NCBI GenBank assembly: GCA_963725865.1
Contig: CAVSAC010000010.1
Coordinates: 1,024,001 to 1,088,000 of the forward strand
Direction: 5' to 3'
From: Candidatus Eiseniibacteriota bacterium
Lineage (GTDB): Bacteria; Eisenbacteria; RBG-16-71-46
Length of the DNA stretch: 64,000 nucleotides
Part shown: piece after piece, positions 1-11,045 of the stretch
Layout of the letters: each line of letters starts with the position of its first letter
How positions within the stretch are numbered: position 1 is the stretch's first letter
Notes under the pieces: model-generated
Seen by the model: only the letters and a program-made list of their open reading frames with translations
The model's database searches: none
What the model was told of the DNA's origin: nothing
Position numbers and translations under genes: made by a program

Positions 1-899
1 AAGTCGCCGGGTTTGAGCCCCGCGCGCTCCGCGGGACTTCCGGGGGCGACCGACTCGACCAGCGCACCGATCGGGATCCGCAGCCCCTTCTCCACGCTGC
101 TCTCCACGAAGGCGGCGCGCGAGGCGATGCCGAGCCAGCCGTGGCGGACGCGGCCGAGGCGGCGCAGGTCGTCCCACGCGACCCGCACGTTCTCGATCGG
201 CAGCATCAGCGAATTGGCGCCCGGACGGCGCTCGAACTCCGAGCCGCTCAGCGCCCCCAGCTCGCCCAGCACGATGCCGACCAGCTCGCCGCGCGCGTTC
301 AGAACGGGACCGCCGCTGTTGCCGGGATAGACCGTGTTCGTGAGCTGGAACATCGTGAGCCCGGGTTCCACGTGGCGGTCCACGACCTGTCCCACCGACT
401 GGGTCGGCTCGCGCCGGAACGAAGTGCCGAGCGCGATCGCCCAGTCGCCCGCCTGCGGAGGCCGTTCGGTGGCGAGCGGCAGTGGCGGGAGGCGCAGGTC
501 CGGCACCCGCAGGTAGGCGAGGTTGAGGATCAGGTCGAAGCCGACCAGCCGAGCCTCGACCTCGATGCCGTTCGAGGTGCGGACGAACACGCGGCGCGCG
601 CCCTGGACCACGCTCGCGGTGGTGAGGATCGCGCTCTCCTCGATCGCGACCCCGGAGCCCACGCGCAGTCGCGGGGGTGCGGCGGCGCCCGCGCGGGAGC
701 TGGCGCGCGCGGGTGGCATCTCGGCGACCACCGAGACCACCGACGGACGGGCGCGCTGCGCCAGCTGGTCCACGTCCGTCTGAAGGGCGGAAAGCGTGCC
801 CTGGGCCCACGACGGGGGCGCGCCCGCCGCCCATGCGAGTCCGCACGCCACCAACAGGAGGCGTGCGGCACTCCGAGGACGAGCGGTCCAGGGCATCAT
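1..899 (-). CDS. HtrA/DegP-like trypsin-fold protein with PDZ domain; partial, runs off the window start; catalytic triad degenerate
   Basis: Not in the ORF track; translated by hand from ATG 899 with GAGGT RBS. Signal-like N-terminus, GSGV..ILTTASVV, GFDLILNLAYL, VYPGNSGGPVLNARGELVGI, then PDZ-type GALVESVAPGSPAERAGLKPGD. Confidence 0.85.
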   Translation of the reverse strand, partial: MMPWTARPRSAARLLLVACGLAWAAGAPPSWAQGTLSALQTDVDQLAQRARPSVVSVVAEMPPARASSRAGAAAPPRLRVGSGVAIEESAILTTASVVQGARRVFVRTSNGIEVEARLVGFDLILNLAYLRVPDLRLPPLPLATERPPQAGDWAIALGTSFRREPTQSVGQVVDRHVEPGLTMFQLTNTVYPGNSGGPVLNARGELVGIVLGELGALSGSEFERRPGANSLMLPIENVRVAWDDLRRLGRVRHGWLGIASRAAFVESSVEKGLRIPIGALVESVAPGSPAERAGLKPGD

Positions 900-909
900 G
901 CGACCTCGC

Positions 910-1530
910 CTAGAACGAGATGACCGCGCGCTCAGCCTGGATGCCGTTCACCGAGCGCGTCGCCGTGGACGCCCCGCGGCGAACGGCGAGCGGATCGAGG
1001 ATGAACTCCACGTCGGCGTTGTGGTCGAACAGGCTGTCCGTGACGGTCGCCACCGCGGCGCCCGAGCGGGCGGGCGTGCGCGCGAGTCCAGCCGCGCGCT
1101 GGCCATCCGACGCGTCGGCGGCCACCGTGCTCACCAGCTCGGGCTGGCGCGGCGCCGCGGTGGTGGTGCGCGAGACGGCGACGAGCCGGCTCGAGCGCCG
1201 GGCGAGCATCGGCAGGACCGCCAAGGCCCCGACCACCAGTACCGCGGCGGCGGTTGCGGCCGGCAGCCACACCGGCGTCGGTACCACCGGCAGGCGGTCG
1301 GGTGCGCGTTCCGCGCGGCGCGCGCTGGCGACGACGCGCTCGACCAGGTCGGGCGCGGCCTCCAGGCGAGGCAGCGACCCGATGGCCTCGAGCGTCCGCG
1401 CGTGCGCCTCGTAGCGCGCGCGGCAATCGGGGCACGCGATGAAATGGGCTTCGATCAGTTCCCGTTCGACCTGTGTGGTCTCGTCGTCCCAGTAGGCGTC
1501 GAACAGCCTCCGGATCCCGGTGCACGTCAT
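910..1530 (-). CDS. Zinc-binding (zf-HC2/ZAS) transmembrane anti-sigma factor
   Basis: HFIACPDC (HxxxCxxC) motif, one hydrophobic segment, overlaps the stop of the sigma gene. Confidence 0.85.
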   Translation of the reverse strand: MTCTGIRRLFDAYWDDETTQVERELIEAHFIACPDCRARYEAHARTLEAIGSLPRLEAAPDLVERVVASARRAERAPDRLPVVPTPVWLPAATAAAVLVVGALAVLPMLARRSSRLVAVSRTTTAAPRQPELVSTVAADASDGQRAAGLARTPARSGAAVATVTDSLFDHNADVEFILDPLAVRRGASTATRSVNGIQAERAVISF

Positions 1531-2162
1531 GTCGTTTCGTCCCGTCGCAGTAGCGGTTGGAGTTTGCGCTTGAGCATCCCGCGAGCCCGGTTGATCCGCG
1601 ATCTCACCGTCCCGCCAGGGATGCCGAGCACGTCGGCGATCTCCTCGTAGGGCAATCCTTCGATGTCTCTCAGCACCAGCGCGAGACGGTACTTCTCGGG
1701 CACCGTCGCGATCGCTCGTGCCACGGCCTCTTGCAGCTGCTCGCGCTCGAGCGTGCGTTCACGCCCTTCACGATGATCGGCCAGCTGCGGGGCGCTGTCC
1801 TTCAGCACTTCCTGGAGCGCGTCCAGGCTGAACCAGTTCCTCCGTCTCACCCGCCGCCGGATCTCGTTCTTCGCGAGGTTCACGGCGATCGTGAACAGCC
1901 ACGTGGAGAACTTCGACCCGCGCCGGTAGTTCCGGCGATGGACGAAGACCCGGATGAAGACCTCCTGCGCGAGATCGTCCGAGCACTCCCGATCGTTGAG
2001 CACCCGGGCCACCAGGTTCGTCACTCGACCCTGATAGCGCCGGATCAACTCCGGGAAGGCGCGTTCGTCCTCCTCGGCCACCCGGGCCATGAGGTCCTCG
2101 TCCGAGAGGCTGAGGATGGGCGGCGACGAGGGATCGCGGTCAGGTCCCACGGTCTCACTCAC
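1527..2162 (-). CDS. ECF RNA polymerase sigma factor (RpoE/SigW-like)
   Basis: DLAQEVFIRV, KFSTWLFTIAVN, region 4 LPYEEIADVLGIPGGTVRSRINRAR. Confidence 0.92.
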   Translation of the reverse strand: MSETVGPDRDPSSPPILSLSDEDLMARVAEEDERAFPELIRRYQGRVTNLVARVLNDRECSDDLAQEVFIRVFVHRRNYRRGSKFSTWLFTIAVNLAKNEIRRRVRRRNWFSLDALQEVLKDSAPQLADHREGRERTLEREQLQEAVARAIATVPEKYRLALVLRDIEGLPYEEIADVLGIPGGTVRSRINRARGMLKRKLQPLLRRDETT

Positions 2163-2171
2163 CCTTCGTGC

Positions 2172-2198
2172 TTACCCCATTGCGGGGGCAGGGGTTCC
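2172..2198 (-). promoter_or_regulatory. Candidate autoregulatory ECF promoter
   Basis: GGAACC-N17-GTAA on the minus strand just upstream of the sigma start, resembling ECF -35/-10 elements. Confidence 0.4.
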
Positions 2199-2204
2199 CG
2201 GGGT

Positions 2205-3872
2205 TCATCGGAGCTCGGAGAGCTTGCTCTTGACGCGCGGATTGGTGGGGTTCGAGGCCAGCGCGAGCCGGTATTGCTCGCGGGCCAAGTCCATGAGTCG
2301 CAAATCTTTGTAAACATCTCCCAGGTGCTCGTGGACCTCCGGATCCCCCTGGGTCAGGCGCAGGGCCCGCTCCAGTTCCGCCCTCGCCTGCTCGAGCCGG
2401 CCCAGGCGGTAGTACACCCATCCGAGGGAGTCGATGAACGCCCCGTTGTCGGGGTCGAGCGCGATCGCCCGCTGGATCAGGTCGAGGGCCTCCTCCAGAC
2501 GCTCTCCGCGATCGGCGAACATGTAGCCGAGGAAGTTCAGTGCCGTCGCGTTGTCGGGCTCGCGCCCCAGCACGTCGCGCGCGGCCGCCTCCGCGCCGCC
2601 CGCGTCCCCGGTGCGCTCGCGGCAGAACGCCAGCTCGAGCAGCACGCCGGGGGCGTCCGGAAAGCGCGCCAGCACGTCGGTCCAGGTCGACTCGGCCGCG
2701 GACCAACGCTCGGAGCCCTGCTGGATGCGCCCCAGCAGCAGGCGCGGCCCGAGCGAATCGGGCTCCGCGCCGATCGCGGCGCGCGCCAGGCGTTCGGCCG
2801 CGATCCAGTCGTGCGCCGCCGCGTGCGCGCGGGCGGCCAGCGCCACTCCGCGGCGATCAGCGGGATGGCGCTGCGCCCACTCCTGGGCGAGTTGGGCCCC
2901 CTCGTGGGCCCGCTCGTTGCGGGCCAGCACCCCGACCGCGCGCGCCACCAACGCCGGTTCCTCGGGCGCGCCTCGCATCATGCGATCGAGGACGGCGCGG
3001 CCGTCGGCGGGCTTGCCGGCGTGGTAGGCCAGATCGGCTTCGATCTCGAGCGCCTCGAGGTCGTCGGGCGATTCGCGCGAGACCTGCCGCGCCAGGGTGT
3101 ACGCCTCGTCGAAGCGCTGGGAGCGCGCGAGGAGTTCCACCAGCCGCCGGCGCGTGTCGCGATCGTCCGGATGGAGCGTGAGGTGACGCCGGAAGCGGTC
3201 CACCGCGCCGTTCGAGCGCCCGAGGCTTTCGTCGATCAGCCCGCGCAGGAAGTCGAGCCCGGGCCGCTGCGGGTTCAGTTCCTCGGCCTGGGCCAGCGCC
3301 GAGTCCGCCGCCATGAAATGACCCAGACGCCCTTCGGCGGCACCGACCTGGAACCACGCCTCGCCATCCTCGTTGTCCTGCAGCAGCACGTGGCGCCACG
3401 CATCCGCCACCTCGTCCCAGCGCTCCAGCTGCTCGGCGGCGCGCGCGCGCGTGCGCTGGTACTCGGTCTCGTCGGGAGCGATCCGGGCGGCGCGCTGGAG
3501 TGCGTCGAACGCTTCCGGATAGCGTTGGAGCTGGAACAGTGCGGCCCCGCGCAGCCAGTGGGCGCGGGCGTCGGCGGAATCGGCGGTCAGTGCGCGATCC
3601 GCGAGTTCGAGGGCGCGCACCGGCTCCCCGACGTGGAGGTTCGCCTCGCTCGCCTCGCGCAGGAGCGCCGGCGCGCGCGGATCGACCGCCAGCGCCCGGT
3701 ACAGCTCCCCGAGCGCTTCGCTGGTCAGGCCGCGCTCCTCGAGGAGCCGTCCGGACGCGTAGTGCCGCAACGCCTCGAGGCTGGGAAAGCGCGAGGCGTC
3801 GGCCTGCAGCGTCGTGTCCAACGGCACGGTCGAGGCCGCGGCCAGGGACAGGGCGCAGGCAACGATCCACAT
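2205..3872 (-). CDS. Exported tetratricopeptide-repeat protein
   Basis: Signal-like N-terminus MWIVACALSLAAAS; many TPRs including ALNFLGYMFAD..AFIDSLGWVYY..EHLGDVY; start could be 3893. Confidence 0.85.
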   Translation of the reverse strand: MWIVACALSLAAASTVPLDTTLQADASRFPSLEALRHYASGRLLEERGLTSEALGELYRALAVDPRAPALLREASEANLHVGEPVRALELADRALTADSADARAHWLRGAALFQLQRYPEAFDALQRAARIAPDETEYQRTRARAAEQLERWDEVADAWRHVLLQDNEDGEAWFQVGAAEGRLGHFMAADSALAQAEELNPQRPGLDFLRGLIDESLGRSNGAVDRFRRHLTLHPDDRDTRRRLVELLARSQRFDEAYTLARQVSRESPDDLEALEIEADLAYHAGKPADGRAVLDRMMRGAPEEPALVARAVGVLARNERAHEGAQLAQEWAQRHPADRRGVALAARAHAAAHDWIAAERLARAAIGAEPDSLGPRLLLGRIQQGSERWSAAESTWTDVLARFPDAPGVLLELAFCRERTGDAGGAEAAARDVLGREPDNATALNFLGYMFADRGERLEEALDLIQRAIALDPDNGAFIDSLGWVYYRLGRLEQARAELERALRLTQGDPEVHEHLGDVYKDLRLMDLAREQYRLALASNPTNPRVKSKLSELR

Positions 3873-3970
3873 GCGCGGGAGCGTAGCATGCACCGCTGGG
3901 GCCAGCCAGGCCCGTGCGCGCGCAGCGCGTCGCTGTGGTATCTCTCTCGCGTCCGCCCTTGGGAGCGCCC

Positions 3971-5374
<1,404 letters not shown>

Positions 5375-5553
5375 CCCACTCTCCAGTCTTCACGTGCCAC
5401 ATTCGACTTGCGGCAGGTCGCCCTGGTGCGGCGCGACGATGTGTCCCGGTCATGCATCGAGCACCACAATCGCCGAGCCAAGCCGAGAGCCCGTGGTCCC
5501 CGTAACTCCTTGTGAATCAGGAGCGGCTCCGCGCGCCACCTGCATCCGATGAG

Positions 5554-5570
5554 TTGGCACCGAGACTGCA
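5554..5570 (+). promoter_or_regulatory. Sigma54 -24/-12 promoter
   Basis: TTGGCAC-CGAGA-CTGCA with GG(5556-57)-N10-GC(5568-69); IHF-like TAACTCCTTG at 5503-5512; lies directly after the NtrC-type gene. Confidence 0.65.
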
Positions 5571-5580
5571 TGAGCGTGGA

Positions 5581-5884
5581 GGCGACGGTGGAGGTTCCAG
5601 ACACAAGGCAGGTGGAGCAGCGACCGCCGCGACAACGACGAACGCGAAATCAAGAGATCTGTCGTCACCGCGTGACGGGCACGGAAGATCCGAGGGGCCT
5701 GTCCGGAGCGTGAGTGGCGGCAGCTTGGGAGCGGGGGACGCAAGTCTCCCGCTTCAGCTTCGGGTCCGAATCCCCCATGGGCAGCGGGGCTCCTTCGCCT
5801 GCGCATCCCAGAACGCCGAGCTGATCGGCGCAACCCTGGACCCGGAACGGGCGGCGAGCCACAGCTCGCCGCCCGTCTTCTTTC
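5581..5884 (+). ncRNA. Candidate sigma54-dependent structured small RNA (or short-peptide mRNA)
   Basis: Lies between the sigma54 promoter and a terminator; several hairpins including a 10-bp stem with GCAA tetraloop; no convincing long ORF. Confidence 0.4.
5847..5884 (+). terminator. Intrinsic terminator, possibly bidirectional with rnc
   Basis: ACGGGCGGCGAGC-CACA-GCTCGCCGCCCGT followed by CTTCTTTC. Confidence 0.7.
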
Positions 5885-5903
5885 GTGCGCGGAGGCGCGG
5901 GCC

Positions 5904-7790
5904 TCAGCGCCCGCGGCGCTTGGTGCGGCGCCCGAAGCGCGGTGTCTCGGATTCGCCTGCCGACGATGGCGGCGGCGGACTCGTCTCGGGCGCTTCGCCG
6001 GCACGCGGCTCGTCCGGCGCGTCGAACGCGGGCTCGTCGTCCGCCGAGTCCTCGGCCAATTCGTCGATCGGCCTCCCCACGAGGCCGTGGGGCCGCTCGG
6101 CCTCGGATGCGGCCGGCGCCACGGGCTCATCCTCGTCGAAGTCCTCGTCCTCCGTCGCCTGCCCGTGCTCGCGGCGCGGGATCGGAGGCAGGTAGTCCTC
6201 CTCCCCGAACTCGTCGGCGGGGCCCTCCGGGCGACCCACCTCCTCGAGATCGTCTTCCTCGTACGCAGGAGGCAGCGGCTCGAACTCCTCCGGCTCGATC
6301 TCGGCCGGCGTCGGCGGGACCACGGCTCCGACCGAGCCCGTCATCGCGGCCGGCACGGCCGGAGAGACTCCGCCTTCACGACGGCCGCGCCCGCCGCGGC
6401 GCCCGCGGCGGCGGGGGCGGCGCTCATCGTTGTCGTCCTCGTCGTCCGCGTCCACCGTCGGTGCCACCGGGGGCTCGCTGGCGCGGCGGCCGGAGTCGAC
6501 GGGACGCCCGCCGCGCGTCGGCTCATCGCGACGTTCCTCGCGGCGCTCGCTCCGCGCCCCGCGCTCGCCGCGGTCGTCACGCGCGCCGCGCGGTTCCGCC
6601 GCGGGCCGCTCTTCGGGGCCGCGACGCTCGTCGCGACTCGCGCGTTCCTCGCGCGGCGCACGCTCCTCACGTGCCGGGCGTTCCTCGCGCGCCGGGCGGT
6701 CCTCGCGCGGCGCACGCTCCTCACGCGCCGGGCGGTCCCCGCGCGGCGCACGCTCCTCGCGCACCGGGCGCTCCTCGCGCGGATACTCTTCACGCTTCTC
6801 GCGTCGATCACCGCCGACGTGGTCGAGGGCATCGCGCGCGGCCGCCTGCTCGGCCTCCTTCTTGTTGTTGCCCTTGCCGGCCCCCAGCGTCTTGTTCCGC
6901 ACCACCACCTCGACCAGAAACATCTTCGAGTGGTCGGGTCCCATCGCGTTGCGGATGCGATAGACCGGATGGGTGTGGAATGTGCTCTGCACGTACTCCT
7001 GCAGCTGGCTCTTGTAGTTGGTGTGACGCTTGTCGGCCGAGATCGCCCGGGCGTCGTCGAGCAGCCAGCGCGTGATGAAGCGCCGCGCGTCCTCGAAGCC
7101 CTGGTCCAGGTAGATGGCCGCGATCACCGACTCGAACGCGTCGGCGAGGATCGAGAGGCGCTGGCGGCCGCCGGACTCCGCCTCCGAGTGGCTCATCAGC
7201 ACGTAGCGTCCGAGCCCCATGTTCAGTGCCCGCCGGGACAGGATGTTCTTCGAGACCAGCAGCGACTTGGTCTTGGTGAGTTCGCCCTCGTGCTCGGAGG
7301 GATGCTCCCGGTACAGGTGCTCACTGGTCACCAGGCCGAGCACGGAGTCGCCGAGGAACTCGAGTCGCTCGTTGGACTCGTTGGGCCCCTGACCCGTCAC
7401 GCTCAGGTACGAGCGATGGGTGAGCGCGAGCTTGAGCAGCTCGAGGCGGTGGAAATGGATGTTGAAGTGCCGCTGGAACTCCTGCAGCGCGCGGGCTTCC
7501 GACTCGCTGGTGGTCGTGGCGGGCGCAGCGGGAGCCGGGCGCTGGGGCCGGCGCTCGGCGCCGAACAGCGAGCCGAGCCAGCGCCACAGCGAGAAACCCT
7601 GCGGCGGAGGCGCCGAGCTCCGGCCTCCGCGTCCACTACGCCGGCGCCCGCCGCGGCGGCGCGGGCGGCCGCCTACTTCACGGCCTGCATCACCAGTGAC
7701 ACGTTGTGCCCCCCGAACCCGAACGAGTTCGAGATCGCGGCGGTCACGCGGGCCGCGCGGGCCTGATTGGGAACGAAGTCGAGGTCGCAT
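5904..7790 (-). CDS. rnc: Ribonuclease III with N-terminal extension and long disordered C-terminal tail; start uncertain
   Basis: ALTHRSY, NERLEFLGDSVLG, ADAFESVIAAIYLDQG, dsRBD NYKSQLQE..KKEAEQAAA. Confidence 0.93.
   Translation of the reverse strand: MRPRLRSQSGPRGPRDRRDLELVRVRGAQRVTGDAGREVGGRPRRRGGRRRSGRGGRSSAPPPQGFSLWRWLGSLFGAERRPQRPAPAAPATTTSESEARALQEFQRHFNIHFHRLELLKLALTHRSYLSVTGQGPNESNERLEFLGDSVLGLVTSEHLYREHPSEHEGELTKTKSLLVSKNILSRRALNMGLGRYVLMSHSEAESGGRQRLSILADAFESVIAAIYLDQGFEDARRFITRWLLDDARAISADKRHTNYKSQLQEYVQSTFHTHPVYRIRNAMGPDHSKMFLVEVVVRNKTLGAGKGNNKKEAEQAAARDALDHVGGDRREKREEYPREERPVREERAPRGDRPAREERAPREDRPAREERPAREERAPREERASRDERRGPEERPAAEPRGARDDRGERGARSERREERRDEPTRGGRPVDSGRRASEPPVAPTVDADDEDDNDERRPRRRGRRGGRGRREGGVSPAVPAAMTGSVGAVVPPTPAEIEPEEFEPLPPAYEEDDLEEVGRPEGPADEFGEEDYLPPIPRREHGQATEDEDFDEDEPVAPAASEAERPHGLVGRPIDELAEDSADDEPAFDAPDEPRAGEAPETSPPPPSSAGESETPRFGRRTKRRGR
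6630..6790 (-). repeat. Degenerate coding tandem repeat (REERAP / REDRPA units)
   Basis: REERPVREERAPRGDRPAREERAPREDRPAREERPAREERAPREERAS, about 18-bp units. Confidence 0.8.
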
Positions 7791-8920
7791 ACGGGGTCTG
7801 CCTGCTCCAGATTGATCGTGGGTGGAACGACCCCGCGCACCAGGGTGAGCGCCGTGATCACCGCTTCGAGTCCACCCGCCGCTCCGAGAAGATGGCCGGT
7901 CATGGACTTGGTGGAACTCATCATCAGACGCCGAGCGTGTTCCCCGAACACGTCCTTCACCGCGCGGACCTCGATGGGGTCGCCGGCGGGGGTCGAGGTG
8001 CCGTGGGCGTTGATGTACTGGATGGCGTCGACGGGCAGCTGGGCGTCGTCGAGCGCACGCCGCATGGCGCGCGCAGCGCCGTTGCCGTCTTCGGCGGGAG
8101 CGGTCATGTGGAACGCGTCCCCCGATGCGCCATAGCCAGTGAGTTCACAGAGAAGCGGCGCGCCACGGCGCCGGGCATGCTCTTCCGTCTCCAGGACGAG
8201 GATGCCCGCGCCTTCACCGATGACGAATCCGTCCCGATCCTTGTCGAAGGGACGGCTGGCACGCTGTGGGTCGTCGTTGCGAGTGGAGAGTGCACGTGAA
8301 TTGCCGAATCCGGCCACGGCCATCGGGGTGATCGTCGACTCGGTCCCACCCGTGATCATCACGTCGGCATCGCCCGCGCGCAGCAGGCGCAGCGACTCGC
8401 CGATGGCGTTGGCGCCCGAGGCGCACGCCGAGGTGGTCGAGAAGTTGGGTCCCCGCAGCCCGAACTGGATCGAAACCTGACCGGGCGCCATGTCGAGGAT
8501 CATCATCGGGATGAAGAACGGACTCACACGGCCCGGTCCCTTCGCGACCAGTTGGCTGTGCTGCGTCTCGAAGGTCTCCATGCCCCCGATGCCCGAGCCG
8601 AGCACCACGCCGATTCGATCCCGATCCTCACGCTCGAGGTCGAGCCCCGCCGTGCGGAGCGCCTCGTGGGTGGCCACGACCGCGTACTGGACGAAGCGAT
8701 CCATGCGCCTGGCGTCCTTGCGGTCGAGGATCCCCTCGAACGAGAAGTCCTTCACCTCGCATGCAAAATGCGTGGTGTAGTCCGAGGTGTCGAAACGCGT
8801 GATCGGCCCGGCGCCCGAGCGCCCGGCGATCAGATTGTCCCAGCAGGTGCCGGTGTCGTTCCCGAGGGGCGATACGACGCCCGTACCGGTCACGAACACG
8901 CGGCGGCCGTTCATCGGCAT
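7673..8920 (-). CDS. fabF: 3-oxoacyl-ACP synthase II
   Basis: TSACASG, YINAHGTST, KSMTGHLLGAAG, NSFGFGGHN. Confidence 0.96.
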   Translation of the reverse strand: MPMNGRRVFVTGTGVVSPLGNDTGTCWDNLIAGRSGAGPITRFDTSDYTTHFACEVKDFSFEGILDRKDARRMDRFVQYAVVATHEALRTAGLDLEREDRDRIGVVLGSGIGGMETFETQHSQLVAKGPGRVSPFFIPMMILDMAPGQVSIQFGLRGPNFSTTSACASGANAIGESLRLLRAGDADVMITGGTESTITPMAVAGFGNSRALSTRNDDPQRASRPFDKDRDGFVIGEGAGILVLETEEHARRRGAPLLCELTGYGASGDAFHMTAPAEDGNGAARAMRRALDDAQLPVDAIQYINAHGTSTPAGDPIEVRAVKDVFGEHARRLMMSSTKSMTGHLLGAAGGLEAVITALTLVRGVVPPTINLEQADPVCDLDFVPNQARAARVTAAISNSFGFGGHNVSLVMQAVK

Positions 8921-9026
8921 AACGCGTCCATCTCCGTGAGATCCGGACCCTTCGCTCCGGCGCAGGACGCCCCCGCCTCAACTGCGGGGGGGCGCGACCG
9001 CGCAGAGCCGGCCCGGACTTTGTGCA

Positions 9027-9269
9027 CTACGCGGTCGCGTGAGACTTCAGGTAGTTCATCGCGTCGCCGACGGTCTTGAGCTTGTCCGCGTCCTCGTCCG
9101 GGATGTCGAGTCCGAACTCCTCCTCGAGTGCCATCACCAGCTCCACGATGTCCAGCGAGTCGGCGCCCAGGTCCTCGATGAACTTGGCCTCTGGGGACAG
9201 CTGCTTGCCGTCGACTTCCAGCTCCTTCGCGATGATCTCCTTGACCCGGTCTTCGTTGAATGCCGCCAC
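9027..9269 (-). CDS. acpP: Acyl carrier protein
   Basis: [23 protein letters not shown] start at 9269 with AGGAGGT RBS. Confidence 0.96.
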   Translation of the reverse strand: MAAFNEDRVKEIIAKELEVDGKQLSPEAKFIEDLGADSLDIVELVMALEEEFGLDIPDEDADKLKTVGDAMNYLKSHATA

Positions 9270-9318
9270 TGCAGTCACCTCCTGTGTGGGGGTGGGGTTC
9301 CCGTCCTGACTCGGACGG

Positions 9319-10091
<773 letters not shown>

Positions 10092-10092
<1 letters not shown>

Positions 10093-11045
10093 CACGACCT
10101 CCCGGCCGGGAGCGCGACGCCCAGCGCGCTCAGGGTGGCGGACACGCTCTCGGGGTCCTCGGCGCTCCAGGACGGCGCCTCGCGGTCGATCGTGCGAAGC
10201 AGCCCGCGCAGGACCTTGCCTGTGCCCAGCTCCACGAAACCCTCGGCGCCCTCCGCCCGCATCCGGCGCATCGAGTCCTCCCAGCGCACCGCTCCCAGCA
10301 GCTGGGCCTTCAGAGCCGCACGGATCGCGTCGGCCTTCCGGGCGGGCTGCGCGTCCACGTTGGTGACCACCGGGCAGCGTGCGTCGCGGATCGTGACCGC
10401 ATCGAGCGCGGCGCCGAGCCCCGCGGCCGCCGACTCCATCAGCGGCGAGTGGAACGCGCCGCTCACCTCGAGGCGGATGGCGCGCTTGGCGCCCTTCGCC
10501 CTGGCGATCTCGCACGCGCGCTCGACGGCGGCGATCTCGCCCGAGATCACCACCTGCCCGGGCGCGTTGAGATTCGCCGCGAGCACGACCCCGACTGCGG
10601 CGGCTTCGGCACACGCGGACTCGACGTTCTCGCGGGCGAGCCCGAGGATCGCGGCCATGGCGCCGGGGCGGTCCAGCCCCGCCTGGTACATGAGCGCGCC
10701 GCGGCGGTGCACCAGCCGCACCGCGTCCTCGAAGTCGAGCGCGCCCGCCGCCACGCACGCGGAGTACTCGCCGAGGCTGTGCCCCGCGGCCCATTGCGGT
10801 CGCAGGCCCGCGGCCTCGAACAGCCGCCCGACCGCGACGCTGTGCGTGAGCAGCGCCGGCTGGGCGTTCACGGTCTTGCGCAGCTCGTCCTCGGGGCCCT
10901 CCCAGCAGATGCGAGAGAGCGGGAAGCCGAGCGCGCGGTCGGCGGCCTCGAACGTCGCGCGCGCGGACGCGAACGCCTCCGCGAGCGCGCGGCCCATGCC
11001 GACGGTCTGGGCACCCTGACCCGGGAACAGGAAGGCGAGCCTCAC
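10092..11045 (-). CDS. fabD: Malonyl-CoA:ACP transacylase
   Basis: FPGQGAQ, GHSLGEY, VSGAFHSPLM. Confidence 0.96.

Noticed and set aside
5762..5774. GGGTCCGAATCCC resembles a tRNA T-loop
   Set aside because: No 5-bp T-stem, acceptor stem or cloverleaf could be built; no tRNA or tmRNA called.
6630..6790. Short repeats that might be a CRISPR array
   Set aside because: Degenerate in-frame coding repeats with no unique spacers; no array or cas gene seen anywhere in the window.
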